The position numbers were made by a program, and so were the translations under genes. From NCBI GenBank assembly GCA_000708835.1, contig DF237002.1:62001-126000 (forward strand): 64,000 nt of DNA, read 5' to 3'. The notes below the pieces were generated by a model, which saw only the letters and a list, made by a program, of their open reading frames with translations, did no database searches and was not told the DNA's origin. Within the stretch, counting starts at the first letter, position 1; every line of letters begins with the position of its first letter. Below are positions 36,187-49,086 of this stretch, one piece after another. This DNA is from Klebsormidium nitens. Lineage: Eukaryota; Plantae; Klebsormidiophyceae.

Positions 36187-39100
36187 CTACCCGGCCCTTA
36201 ACCGCCCTTCTTTTTGTTGCGACGTATTTGACGTCCGAGAGGGTTTGACAAGCCCGTTTGGTGCATTGAAAGGGCTTGGTTGCGCTAGGTTCTTGGAACC
36301 GCTTTGAGCAGACGTTGAGGACGAGGGCGGGAGCTCTCCCACCGAAGAGCCGGAGGATGTTCGAGCCGGAATGGAGGGAGCGGTTTCCATGTACTCCTGC
36401 AAAATAAGGTCAAACTCAGTGAGTGCGTGTGGGAGGGAAGGAACGTGTGATTTAGGTCTAGCCGCCCCCTACATGCCCTTGTGTGCATCTCTTGTTTTAG
36501 ACGCTGTCTTACCAACGCAACTGTCGGAAGGTGCCCCCAGGATACAAGACAGATCCGAAGATTTACCGATGGGAGCGCCAACTCAATGGGGACACGAGCA
36601 CACTACTGCAGGCGTTTCTAGGTGATACGAACTCACACCAAAACAACGAGACACCGGCTATGCTTTCAAGCAAGAAGGCTCGGTCTGCCACGCTTGCACA
36701 ATCAAAACAAAGGCCATAACGACCTGACAACTGCGTTTACCACCGGATCAAAAGCCTCAAGAGCTGGTTGACAAAGCAACCGCATACTTTCGAACGGAGG
36801 ATTGACCGTAAAACACTGCGGTGCTCGAATTCAAAAGCTTCAGCGCCAAAACGTCTTCTTAGCCAAAGCTTCTGCACGCCCAGATTCCCAAGCCCCGAAA
36901 GAGTCCGATCCCCACACTCTCCAGATCCAAACCGCCGAACGCCTTCAAATCCGAAACCCTCCAACCACAACCCTCCAACCTGAACCCCGCAAACAACTTC
37001 GGACTTGAGTTGTAACCTCTTCTAGGGCTTTAGGACCTCTAGCTTGAAATGTCGGAGCTCTAAACCCATGTGAGCTCCTCAACGGTTCTACAGGGAAGAA
37101 GCTGGACGAAAGATCAGTAGAGCGTTGATCCCACCCTGCAGCGCCGCAAAGAAACACGTGTTCAAGTAAGGCAATCACAGCTAGTTAACAGCCCATGTCA
37201 TAACCGCCCCCCCCCTCACCTGCAGCGCCGCCAGGTGGCGCACGACGGTGCCCATGGTGGGCCGCGACTTGGGGTTGTCCTTGAGGCACTGGTCGCAGAT
37301 CTGGCCCGCCTTCTGCGCCGCCTTGACGTCATACACGCCCTCCAGCCGCGGGTCCATGATCTTGTACATCTTGCGCCGGTCGCTCAACAGCGGCTGCGCC
37401 TGTCGAGCTGAACGGAAACTTGGTGAAAAGGTCGGCCAGTTGGTTTCCTGAGAAAAGACTTTCCTTTAACCTGACCTGGTCCGCAGCTCTTTGCATGTTG
37501 CGCCGGTCGCTCAGCAGCGGCTGCGCCTGTTGTGGAAGATGAAATCATGGTTAGGAAGTCAACCAAGACCTTTCGGTTGTTCCTAAGCAAGAACCTCTAA
37601 AGGTTTCCTTGGCCCTTTTCTTGGGTCCCTTGATCTTGTACATCTTGCGCCGGTCGCTCAACAGCGGCTGCGCCTGTCGAGCAGAAAGGACACTTGGTTA
37701 CGGGTCGCCCTTTTCTGTTCTTACTGAGAGACATTCTCACAAGTTTCCTTGTCCTGAGTTGGTCCGTCCGTTTTGAGCTTATTGCGCCGGTCGCTCAGCA
37801 GCGGCTGCGCCTGTTCAGGAGACCGGAGACCTGGTTATGGGGTTGACCTTTCAGTTACTACTAGGTAAGGGTTCCCATTAGTTTCCTTCTGACCTAACCT
37901 GGTTAATAGTCCTGTGCATTTTGTAGCCTGTCGAGCGATATGGAGACTCGATCATAGGGTCGCCCATTTCGAATCCGATCCTGAGCAAGAGTTACTAGCA
38001 GCCTTGTGCATCTTGCGCTGATCGTTTAGCAGCGGCTCCGCTTGTCCCGGCCAAAGAGTAAGTTGTCGATTCATATGACAAATCCCTTTAGAGACCGTCC
38101 ACTCCGTCCAGGAATGAAAAGAATCTAAGAAGGAACTTACCCACTGCACCTGTTGTGGGGCCCCCGCGGCTACCCCTTGTCCAACGCAACCTTTCCTGTG
38201 AGCAGCTTCAGCAAGGCAGCGCAAAGATCTACTACCCCTCTAACATTCAGAACACCGTCTCAAGACGCCAAAAAATGCCGTCTGATTGAATCCAAAATGT
38301 CAAAAAGCACTCACCCATTGCACCAGGTTGTGCTGCCCCTGCGGCCGCCCCTTGTCCACTGCAATCTTGCCCGTAAGCAGCTCCAATAACACCACTCCAA
38401 ACGAGTAAACGTCACTGCGCGCCGTGAGGTGCCCCGTCATGACGTACTCAGGCGCGCAGTAGCCGTACGTGCCCATGACACGTGTCGACACGTGGGTCTT
38501 GTCGCCCGTCGGGCCGTTCTTGGCCAGCCCAAAGTCGGACAGCTTTACGTTGTAGTCCTGCGAGGAGGATGTGCTCTGTTCAGACTCGGTGTCGCTTCTG
38601 TCGGGCTCGAAGGTATGCCGATGTGGCAGCCGCCAGATACACGCACAAGCGGCTTGAGCGCTTAAGAGGAATCTCGCATTTCTTTCTTTTAACTCCTCCT
38701 CTTGAATGCACCGCACCTGGGGTGCCCCGCTTTGAAGGCTCCTCTGGCAGAAGGCCTAACGTCTCCAAATCCCCACGATCATCGCAAAATCCACAGAAAC
38801 TAAAAGAAAAGAAGCCCAACCCTTTTCTTCTTCCCAACGGACATATTGTTGGCTCTGAAGCAACCTCCAACTGCATCCTCGCACGGAGAACCGGCATGGG
38901 CGTTCCGAAGGTGCCCTTCTTCTTGACGGCAAATAGACGCCCTCTGCCATAAAGCCAAAACACTTCCTTAATTCCCGACCGTCTGTCCTCGATGCTTCGC
39001 CTGGCCCCTCTTCTTGACGTCCAGAGCAGAACTTCCCTCTTCAAGACCCCAAAACAGTTTTCCTCTTTTCCAACACCCCCCGCGGCGCCTCACCTGGTCC

Positions 39101-42100
39101 AGCAAGATGTTGGACGCCTTGAAGTCGCGGTAGATGACGGGCGGCTTGCCCTCGTCGTCGTGCAGGTACTCCAGCCCCGCCGCGGCGCCCAGCGCGATCT
39201 TCACGCGGAGCGCCCAAGAGAGGGGACTGCTGCTTCCTGCACGAGACAACAGCGAATGCAAACGTGTCAGCAGTCACGGCTGATGTCATGGATGTTTATG
39301 GCTGGTGGACTGATGGGTTACGAACGGGTGACTGCACGTGCAGCACCCAGGAGACGGGGCTGCTGCTCCCTGCACGAAGGACATTGCACACACGGCTGAG
39401 CTTCGTCAGACTCACGGCTCTTGAGGCTGAAGTCCGGCAAGTCTTCTGGCGGGTAAAAAGGATAGCTTCACTCTTTGACTGTCTCACCCTTCTAATAAAG
39501 TTACTCTAAGGATGACAACCCGTCGTCGTCATCTCTGAGCTTTCAAGAGGTTGATAGACAACGCAAAGCGCCGTGGCTCCAGACAAACTGGAACCAGAGT
39601 GAAACCATTGTAAGCCGGATTCAACCGCACTTTCCCTGACGTATGACGGCGGACGACCTGAATGGAGACCCTCAACGAAAGTAAGCGGAACCCGTGGCTG
39701 AGGAATGTAGACTCAAGTAAAGTTTTCGGCCCCCCGCCTCAGCTTCCCCCTCCAAGTTCGATGGTTCAGGATAGGGCTGGAAAAGCCTAGTGATCGTCCA
39801 CATGGGGGGGTGGACAATGAGCGCGGTTCAGTAGAACCTGCAATTCTAATGAACCAGTTAGAATTGCAGGTTCTAACAGCATGGCGACGGCTCAAGAATC
39901 TTTGTAAGGCGACGGGCTCACGTCTGAAGAGGTGATGCTCCAGGCTGCCACGTGGCATGAACTCGTACACGAGCAGCCGCTGATCCTCCTCGGCGCAGTA
40001 CCCAATCAGGTTGACCAGGTTGGGATGGTGGAGCCGGCTCAGCATGCTGACCTCCACCTGCAACAGTAGGTTCAAGTTTATGTTTCTGTCTCCTTGCATG
40101 TTTTCGCCATCATTAGCTTTTTCCGAGTCCCGACAGATGTGTGACTTTTAGGGCTCCGCGCAGAGCAACAGCACGTTGTCTCCGCAAGAAGGCAGCAGCA
40201 CGCTGCCTCCGCAAGAAGGATTCGGTGCACCCCAACAACCCTATGATCCTAAAACCCATGAAGGACCCATTTGATAACCCAATTGCAGAATTCGTTAATT
40301 CTCAAACTTGCGCAGGAAGCTGTCTGGTCTCGACCTTCTGATGTTTCACGCCTTTGGAGTTTGCAGTCACCAAATTGCGGGGACCCAAATGGTAACCCAT
40401 GACTTCTGATGCAAGCACGCCTCATCCCGATATCGCCGGTATGTCTCCTGCATCGAACTGAATCCACCTCCTATGAATTGCTCCAAGATCCCACACAAAC
40501 CGGCATCAACTTCTCAACCGGCGGCGTACCTGGAACTCCTGGACTCTGACATCTGACAACCGAGGGGACCCTAAAGGAACTGGCAATGTAAACCCTCGTG
40601 GTGCTAATCTGCTGACAAAAACCTGCGACACCATTCACTAAACTAGTCAGACTCACGCGGGCGCTACTGCGACTTGAAGCCGCTGGATGAAAACATGTAC
40701 AAATTGCAACGTAGTAAGTGTTTCACACATTCAACAACGAGGCCCAGGCGCATGTCAAGTACTCCTTGTAATTACGACTTCCCCGACTCCGTTCTGAGAA
40801 TAATGAAGCGAACACAATTCGAGATCACAGTGAACCATATTTCAAAACTCAGAACAAGACCAGGCGCACATGAAGGAAATCCTGTGACCCTGGCTTGCAA
40901 ATGGAGGTATGCTAGAAATAGATGTTACCAGAGCCCGAATCGAGGGTTTACTAGATGCATACCACAACTCCTCGTGACCCTGGTTTACAAATGAGACTCC
41001 TAACCGTTTCCTGAGAAGCAAAAACAAGACAAACTAAAACTCAATATTCCGGGATTCCAAGTTGAGAAGGGATTAGGCGCCTACCATAAACTCCTTGTGG
41101 CCCTGGCTCCCCTCGCGGTCCAGCTGCTTGACCGCAACCACCTGGCCCGTGCTCTCCAGCCGCCCCGCGTAGACCCGCCCAAAGCCGCCCTCTCCAAGGA
41201 GACTGTCCTGCCGAAAGTTCTTTGTGGCGGCTTTGAGCTCCTGCGGGGAACGGAGGGGGGCGGATGAGGTTGGACTGACCTTCAAATCACGAATCGGTGT
41301 GACGTGAGTGCCAAGTGTAAGCTTTCTGCCATGGCCCATTTTGCTGGAGGATGCTGGTGTCCTGGAATCCTGATGGATGATCCCTCTTAATGATATCGGT
41401 GCCTGAGCACACAAAGGGCAGAAACTCTGATTGGCGGTCTGCGGAAAAGCCGTTCCAACCGCTTTCGCCTCCTGCAAGGGGGAAGGATCATGCAGACAGC
41501 CCCCTCATGAACTAGATTTGCACGTGTGAGAGGAGCGACGAGGTCAGAATTCACTCACCTGATAAGTAAACGTTCGGCACTTCACGGGGGACGTCAGGGA
41601 AGGCGTCATTCCGTACGGAAAACCTGGACCCCCGGCCGCCCCCCCAAGATCACTGGAGGCACTGCCGGAGCTGCGATGGCCGCCCGTTACGGGAACGACC
41701 TGAGGCAAAGGGAGGGCCTGCCGAGACGCTGGACGAATCCCGCTGTAACCTGGGAACGAGAAGAGAGGGTTCGGCACCCAACAAATTGCAGAGCTAGAGG
41801 AGTTTGTATGGCCGTATGGTTTTGTGGATGTGCGCCCATTAGAATACAGGAGAGGGAAGAAGTTGCATTCATCAGACTGCAGTGCTGATGAGGGCGGTGT
41901 GGCTGTATGGTCGGGTGGATTCGCGCTCACTAACACGGAAGTGTCGCATCTGTCAATTTGCTTAGCTGGCAAAGTCTTCAGCGTCTTGTGGATATTGCGC
42001 CCACCAGAACGCAGGAAAGGGGAAGTTCCGTTGACAAGCCTCCGATATTCAAATGATGGCCGTCCTTCTGAGAATGCTCGAGCTGACAAAATCTGTTTGG

Positions 42101-43165
42101 CGATATGGCTCTCTGGATGTGCGCCCACTTGTAGGCAGGAGAGGAAAAGCTCAAGCACTTTCGTGGGGAGCAAATCTGGTCTCTTTGGTGCTGTAAGTTG
42201 CATCTATGGGCCAGGTGCAGTAGCTCAGCCCCACAGTGTATGGTTTGCAAGCGGGGCTCGATGGCAAGGTTTTTGGAGGCCCACAGAGAGACAGGTCACC
42301 ATTGAAGATCGTGATCATTCCACACTTAGAAGATCGATGGAGACTGAAAGGGTAGGAAAAGGAGAGAACAATGAGATGCGACCACAGTGCGCCTCGTAAC
42401 CAACGGGCACTTTTGGGGACCGCCCGCGATTTGACGAACGCAACGAAATATCACAAAGTTGCATTGGACAATGACCATTGCTGCCAGTCGAACCAGCAGC
42501 ATTGATATCCATCAGCATAATGCTGAAACCCAAAGTTTGCCCCTACGAACAAAACTGTGACATATGGTAGCAGGAACCAAACACAAAATCCAGGGTTCAT
42601 AGGGTCAACAGAATTCAGAGCCTACAGATCCTTCAAATAGAACAGCTCCAAGTGGGGGAAAGACCGTACACTGATTGAAACCCTTCAAACAATAGCAGTA
42701 GAGCGATGGGACCCACACCCAAAATGGAAAAATCAGACATGTGCATCTGTGAACGATGAGGCAGAGGCTAGCCCATTGTCTGAGAACTTTCTTTGAGACT
42801 GTAGATTCCAAAAAACAAGATGGGGCATCGCAATTGATGGGGATGGCGTCACCTGCCTGCCGTCGATAGAGGGAACCAAAAACTTCTTAAAAGGAACCAA
42901 GGTTGCTGGATTCTCAAAAATGGGGCACCATGTCTGGAATGAGCCGTCCAACGGTTGAGCTACATCAAAACCCTTGCATTGGCAAAACACACAAGAATCC
43001 CAAAATAGCATAAATATAAGCAAATTTACCAAACGTAATAGTCAATGCACCTGGCATACCTGAGCCATTGGTGTGGATGATCCCATTGCCATAGTTGTAC
43101 GAGCTGGGCGCGTGCGAAGACGAGGCATGCTTCTTTTTCGGCTTCCCTCCGCCAAAGCAACCCAT
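36187..43165 (-). CDS. Receptor-like cytoplasmic kinase, subfamily VII (PBS1/PBL-like); exons 43165-43060, 41749-41559, 41240-41085, 40057-39922, 39236-39094, 38557-38315, 37399-37220, 36396-36187
   Basis: MGCFG acylation motif; [32 protein letters not shown]; [14 protein letters not shown]; [59 protein letters not shown]; SRPTM. All exon phases check. Confidence 0.95.
37400..38060 (-). repeat. Intronic tandem array (about 115-147 bp period) of duplicated 3' splice site plus exon start
   Basis: acag|GCGCAGCCGCTG(C/T)TGAGCGACCGGCGCAA recurs with exon starts at 37399 (true), 37526, 37673 and 37810, plus decayed units near 37927 and 38042. Confidence 0.9.
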
Positions 43166-44084
43166 GGTTCACCACCGCTTTTGCTCTTGCTTTGTCCAAG
43201 AATCCTACAAAAGCGTCACTGGTGTCGACTTTGAAGCACTTAATCCAGAGAGGGGTCCCTCGAAGCTCGCCCCAAAAGCTGCCGTAATTTTTAGAGTTTT
43301 TGGGTTGGCATGAGCTGAAGGTCTCGAAGCAATCAGCTTGGGCGGCGTCTTGAATAGTCAGCTTAAAATAAAACCTTTCCTTTCAACCACTGCAGGATCC
43401 TTCAAGTTCAAACTTCAGCGGCAATTTGTGTGCGCCTTGACATGCTGCATGACCAGGTCCATGGCCGACGCAGTTGCGGCCAAATAGAGGAAGGATCAGG
43501 AAGCACGAAGCGATGTCAGATCCAAAATCGCATTGAATGCGTTCAAGCAAGGTGTACCTAGGTACACTCAGACTGATATATCCCATGATTGGACAAACAA
43601 ATTTTGATGTTAGGCCAGCGTGGCATGGTTTACAATGGAAAACCAGCCTGAAGACCTCAAAACCGCCCCTCCCAAGATTGGGTTAACCTGCCACGCTGGC
43701 AGCTAGACTCCTCGCCTAAATCCCAGGGACCCGGCCAGACGGTCGCATCTGACATTCTCCGAAGTTCCGTGACGAACGGCCTAAACTTTAGGGCTGAACT
43801 CTGATCAGTGAAGATGGCCAGCCGCCAGACCTTGTTCCATAGGTAAATGCCAACCGCAGATTCAGTATCGGTCAGCGAATATACAGACTTTCAACGGCCC
43901 AACTTTCTAGTTAGAGGAAAGGTAACGAACCTGTTGATGACATTGTTCAAACCCATCCTAGTTGCGGCTGCATTGCATAGCAGCACCATGCATGCTGTGC
44001 ATACGAAAGAGGCAGAATTTCATTCAGATGGAAAATTTGGGCGCTCTCGTCAGCTCTTGTCGTTGAATAAAAGTGGAAGGGTGC

Positions 44085-47000
44085 ATGATAGACATTGGCG
44101 CTCTCACACAGCGTGAATGGGGCAGGATGCACATCAGCAGGAATTTTGAGAAGACATTCTTGCGATTGCTGAGCCCTGCAAACCTGACATACGATACCAT
44201 GGGGCCCAAGGTCAGCTGGGGAGCCTCTGCCAGCGCGTGTGAGCAAAGAGCCGACGTGGTAGACTCGCCGCTTTCACCATATTTCACTTCCTCAACTGGC
44301 GTGGTGAGTTGCATGCTCAAGGTCGGCACCTGCTAATATAGTGTGTGTCCCTTGATCTCAAGTCTTCTGTATCCTTTGCAACACCATGTGAAAATTGGAT
44401 GGCAGTCAGATCATTATAAAAACCTTTCTCAAATGGTGACGTAGTCAGGGCGTTCTTTCAAAGAACCATCACTCTTCATTGTTGAAATCAATGCGCCTTT
44501 CGTCCTTCCTTTCGAGTATGATGTGCATTTCAGGTGCAGTCTAATTTGAATATTGGTCCCTTAGGCGATCCTTTCTCACGAGAGAGAAGCACACCGTTTG
44601 GTACAGCACGGCCGCAAACCCCACTTCTGGGGCGTGGCCAGCCTGCTGTGCAGATTACAGACCCCAGCATAGAGGGAATGCTGACGAACTTGAACCATAC
44701 ATTGCTACAGATCAGTTGTTTCAAGTCCAATTTTGATCCTGAGACAGTTTGGGTTAGTAAGGGCACTCGGAGGGGCTTGAATGCGGAGCAGGTATACATA
44801 TGGGTTGAGGTTTTAGTTTTAACTCCGTTCTTCTCACGACTTAAATTCGTTATGCCTACCATAGGGACTATGTGTATGAGTAGGTCTTCTTCGAGCTGCA
44901 GGACATAACCGCAGCATCCATCGCCCTGTTCATCTGCGTTGCCTGGCTGAAGAGTGTTGACGCAGCAGTGTACTTTAATCTGCTGGATATGGTGAGCGTG
45001 CATGAAAGAGGGCATCTCAAGACCGCTTAGCCCCTCTGAACAGGGGCCCGATTGAAGTTTCTTCTCCACCAGATATCAGCCGAACACGCCCTGAGGCAGA
45101 GATGCTTCTGTGCATGTCCATCCAATCTGCGCAAGCTCGCGAAGGGCCCAAAGGTGTCTGAAGCACTTACTGAAGGGCAAGGCATAAGAAGACTGCCCTT
45201 TTTGGCCATGATTCTAGCAATCTCACACTGCACCTCATCTTGAAGTTCGATCTTGAAACCCAGCCATGAAATTTCGTCGTTGACTGGGAATTTTTGCTTT
45301 CTCTGCAGAGGTTGAGCCGGAAGATGATTCACATCGGGACCGGCCCCATCTTTCTGCTGACATGGAATCTATTCAGGTCTGTCTTGACACCTTTCCTCCT
45401 CAAATGCTAAACTTTGCAACCTTGCTTTCGGGAAGAATCTGTAACTTCATTTGCCCTTTTTGAGGTCGTCGGGCATATTGTAAAGCTTCTCTCATCATGC
45501 AGCCTTCTCCTACAAATATTAACTTGCTCATACTTCTTCTCGTCAATGACCTGTCCTGGTGCTTTTCTTGGAGTAGCCTAGACCCATTACCGTCTCATGG
45601 GGATTTCGAGTGCGTAACATCTCTAAAACGGCACATTGATACTTAAGAAAGTCTGCAGTCTCGCTCCGAAATTTGGCCCCGTTCGTTGAAACTTCGACAG
45701 CCCGAACATGATCATGTAGTATCTCTATACAAGGAACTAGAGGAGTGAACCTTACCATGTAAAAGGCCAGAGCACGAACGTACTGAGAACATTCTTCTGG
45801 AAAGTCCTCCGAAGATCCTCATTTTATCCGTTGAACTTCTGGCTCTCTCTCAGCGGTCTTATCTGCCCCTTCCTGCTCGCAGTGACGCCCCTGAGGCGCG
45901 CTACTTTGCAGCGGTGGTCCCTTTGCTGGTCACCGCCCAATTTTTCCTCATCGGCGTTGGTGAGGATACACAACTATCACAATCACGCACTTGACTTACC
46001 GTGTCAGGTCTCTTTCGGAGCTGTTTCAAATCTCGCACAGTGACGAAGCTGTCTGAGGGGATCTCCGAGGGACCAATCAAGAGGCCACTGCATGTCGCCT
46101 GACGTCACATGCATCATTGAACTCCATTGGCTCTCCTGACCTTGGATGAAAGTACTCTCTTTCGAGCAATCTGCGAGATCTCTGATGTAGTTGACTGACC
46201 AATCGACGATCCCATCTTCAATATCTGCTCCTCTCACCTTTGGAGCGATTCGCTCTTTCCCACACTTTGAGTGAGCCTTCATTCTGCAGATGCGGAGTTC
46301 TCCCGTCTTCGATTGGGACGAGTGCATATTCTGTGACCTTAGCCCCCCGGTTCCATTGTTTGACCTGCCAAACTGGATGATATTTACAAGTTGGAAACAG
46401 AAATCAGTGGCAGGAAATCCAAGCAGATTACTCATGTCTGCGAAGCTCTGCCGCACGTTGCATACTTCATTTTGCAGGGTCGAAAGTGCGAATGTCAGAC
46501 TCGGTACTTATGTGGCGGAGTCTTCTTTTGCAGGTGTGATCAATGACCCTCAGGCGGTGGCCTCCATGAGTCGACGGGGGGATCCCTCCGAGCTTCTTCG
46601 GGGGCCTCTCTACTACGGCATCGTCTTCGTGGTCTCGACTGTAAGTGCTCCTGCATGCTGCCAAAAGCTCCCCTCTCTCGGTTGATTTGGATGAAACCCC
46701 CAGGAATCCTTCGGGGGATCCCTCAAAATATCTTCGACGGCCTCAACACTAGGGCATCGACTTTGTGGTCTCGACTATGAGTGCTCATCGGTCCCACCAA
46801 AAGCTCGCCTCCCCTAGTTGCCCCCTTGCTGAAAATCTGCGTAGAGAATCAATTGCAGACTTGATGTTCATATTCAGGTCGTCCGCTGATGACAGCAGAG
46901 ATGCATCCCAAACACAGTGGCCGGCGCTTCTTAGAAGGATCGAGCACATAATCGTCTCAGTCTGAAGGCACTACTTCGAGGCTGGCGGCTAGAGGTCTTT

Positions 47001-48260
47001 CCGGGTGCGTCTGCTGACAGCATAGATAGTGCAAGTGTCTGGTTAGCTACTCCAAACCGAGGCAAGAATGCCTGTTCCGCTTTTCCGGCAGGTTGTATTC
47101 TGGCGTAGCTCACCGCTGGGCGTGCTCGCGCTCTCCGTGCTGTGCGGCGGAGACGGCCTCGCGGAGGTGCTCGGCAGGAAGTACGGCAGGTGGGTGGGAA
47201 GCTTCAATATTAACTGCCATAATGATGGACGTAGTCAGGCTCTCCGAATACTATTGTAGCATTTTGAAAAACCTTCTAGGCTTCATAAAGAATAAGGGGG
47301 TGTACGTAGACAAACCTAAGAACGGACGCATTGAAGCTTGAGCGCTTCGCCAAACCGTTCGACCCATGAATCAAAAGCTTCAAAATTGAGTACCTACAGA
47401 GGAATTTATTCCTCAGCTCGTATGCAGGGTTCAATATGTGATTGCTGCACTGACGCGTGTCTGCAGCCCTTCAAAAGTCTGCAAGAAGAGCGGATGCTAC
47501 GTTCGTTAGTGGAAACAGACAGCTTTCCTCGCACCTTTGCCGCTTCTGCTCGGCGCCTGCATTGCTGTGCATCACTCTGGTTCTTTTTCAAGCCTTGAGA
47601 AACAAAACCAAACCGAAGGGAAGGAGCGGAAGGAAACGAAAGGAAGCCTCCGGGTGACTGTTTTCACAACTGCTTTTGGTCCTTCACGTGGCATCCGTCG
47701 AGAGTGCAACACATCTCGTTTTCCACCAGTGCAGAGTGAAGCTGCCATGGTCTCGATCGAAGAGCTATGTTGGCACGGCCGCCATGTTTCTCGGGAGCTT
47801 TCTGTTCGGCTTCGGCTACCTGGTAAGCATCAAGGCCGAATCCAAGGATCTCGACTCCTGAAAATTTGCCATCGTTGGTATACTTGGACATTCTTCCACT
47901 TTCTCGTCAGCCGGTTTCCTTGCATCCTCTGTGTAAGTCGATGTAGCGTTGACAACAACGAGGACTGTTTGCTTCCGTGATTGTCGCCTGGCATACGGCA
48001 GCACACTGATCTGTTTTTGCAGTCCGTGCTGAAACTGCGCCGCATATAATCGTTTGCAGGTGTACTTCAACTACTTGAAGAACTTCAACCCGGAGTTGTC
48101 TGTAGGTAGCACAGCGTTGATTGTTCTTTTGCTGAGCCTAGCAGCAGCGGCTGTGGAGGCTCTGCCTTTTCAAGACGTTGACAATATCACGGTACCACTT
48201 GCTGTGATCATCCTCGGCAACTGGCTGTTGCCGTTTGGGACCGTCAACTGCGAATACTGA
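44085..48260 (+). CDS. Phytol/farnesol kinase (VTE5/FOLK family); exons 44085-44303, 44902-44991, 45309-45376, 45883-45959, 46534-46640, 47092-47189, 47735-47822, 48060-48260
   Basis: DITAASIALFICVAWLKSVD, RLSRKMIHIGTGPIFLLTWNLFS, ARYFAAVVP, SMSRRGDPSELLRGPLYYG, LCGGDGLAEVLGRKYG, KLPWSRSKSYVG and VEALPFQDVDNITVP are family motifs in consistent phase. The first exon and start are tentative. Confidence 0.9.
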
Positions 48261-48667
48261 TCTGATTTTGCAGGCTGAGGTATGTAGAGTTCATGATTCC
48301 GCTGATTTCTGTGTTCAAGTTCATATCATACTCAGACTAAACGCTCTGGGACTGCCGTTGAGGTGTCCGTGGCCGCCCTCGGCGTGCCGTACGCTGACCT
48401 TTGCGGGTTGGTGACATCTTAAGGTCTGGTTCTAAGACGGGTTCCATGTACCTGCAATTATGCGAACATACTGATCTAGCTCGCAGCAACGTACAGTTTC
48501 AGAGGCTGCAGCATGTGCTCGCGCGTATACTACTGCTTTCATGTACACACTGTCAGACTAGCTGGCAATCAAAATGCTGCTCAACTTCGACTAAACGTAA
48601 CGGCAATAACATGTGCAGTAGCATGCATTATCGATTGAGTATGGACGGTTGTCACTCAATTGAATGA

Positions 48668-48829
48668 AGTATATGCGTATATGTGCATGGTGGCATGTGC
48701 GCGTGGCTGGCCCCATGTGCAGCCCCATGTGAGTCGGCCCGCGGCCGCCTCGATCTGACACATCCGAAGCGCGCCGCGCATGCCTTTAAGAGCATGGTAC
48801 GTCACGGCATGTACATGTACGTATATACT
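48668..48829. mobile_element. MITE-like element, 162 bp, imperfect 23-bp TIRs
   Basis: Left agtatatgcgtatatgtgcatg versus reverse complement of the right end agtatatacgtacatgtacatg (all mismatches are transitions). Flanked by gaatga / gaatgg. Confidence 0.45.
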
Positions 48830-49086
48830 GAATGGTGATGCGGTCAACACATGAGAGCGCCTACGATCAGCAAAATATACAAAGCGCGCAATCTGCTTGA
48901 TCCTCGTGCACTGCGTAAGAATCCATGGTCACTCTCCGAGGATCGTTGTTCGCTCACGACTTGACACAACTTGGCAAGCGGCTGAGCATACACTATGATT
49001 GACGAACGGTAGGCAGTATAGCAAGGTCATCTTTTAACGCCAACAGCGCAAGCGAGAATCCGCTTCACCAAAGAGCGGGGCTAGCG

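Noticed and set aside
37400-38060. Repeat-spacer appearance suggesting a CRISPR array
   Set aside because: Eukaryotic intron; the repeats are copies of the adjacent exon start, the spacers are homologous to each other, and there are no cas genes.
40180-40222. Short tandem duplicate cagcacg.tg.ctccgcaagaagg
   Set aside because: Two-unit ~27-bp intronic duplication with no splice site or structure; ordinary slippage.
43900-45800. Possible separate minus-strand gene (several ORFs in the track)
   Set aside because: The region is explained by phytol kinase exons on the plus strand; the minus-strand joins would need an implausible 31-nt intron.
46886-46965. TGATGA...CTGA pair in a phytol kinase intron, like a C/D box snoRNA
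   Set aside because: No terminal stem, weak internal boxes and no rRNA complementarity that I can recognise.
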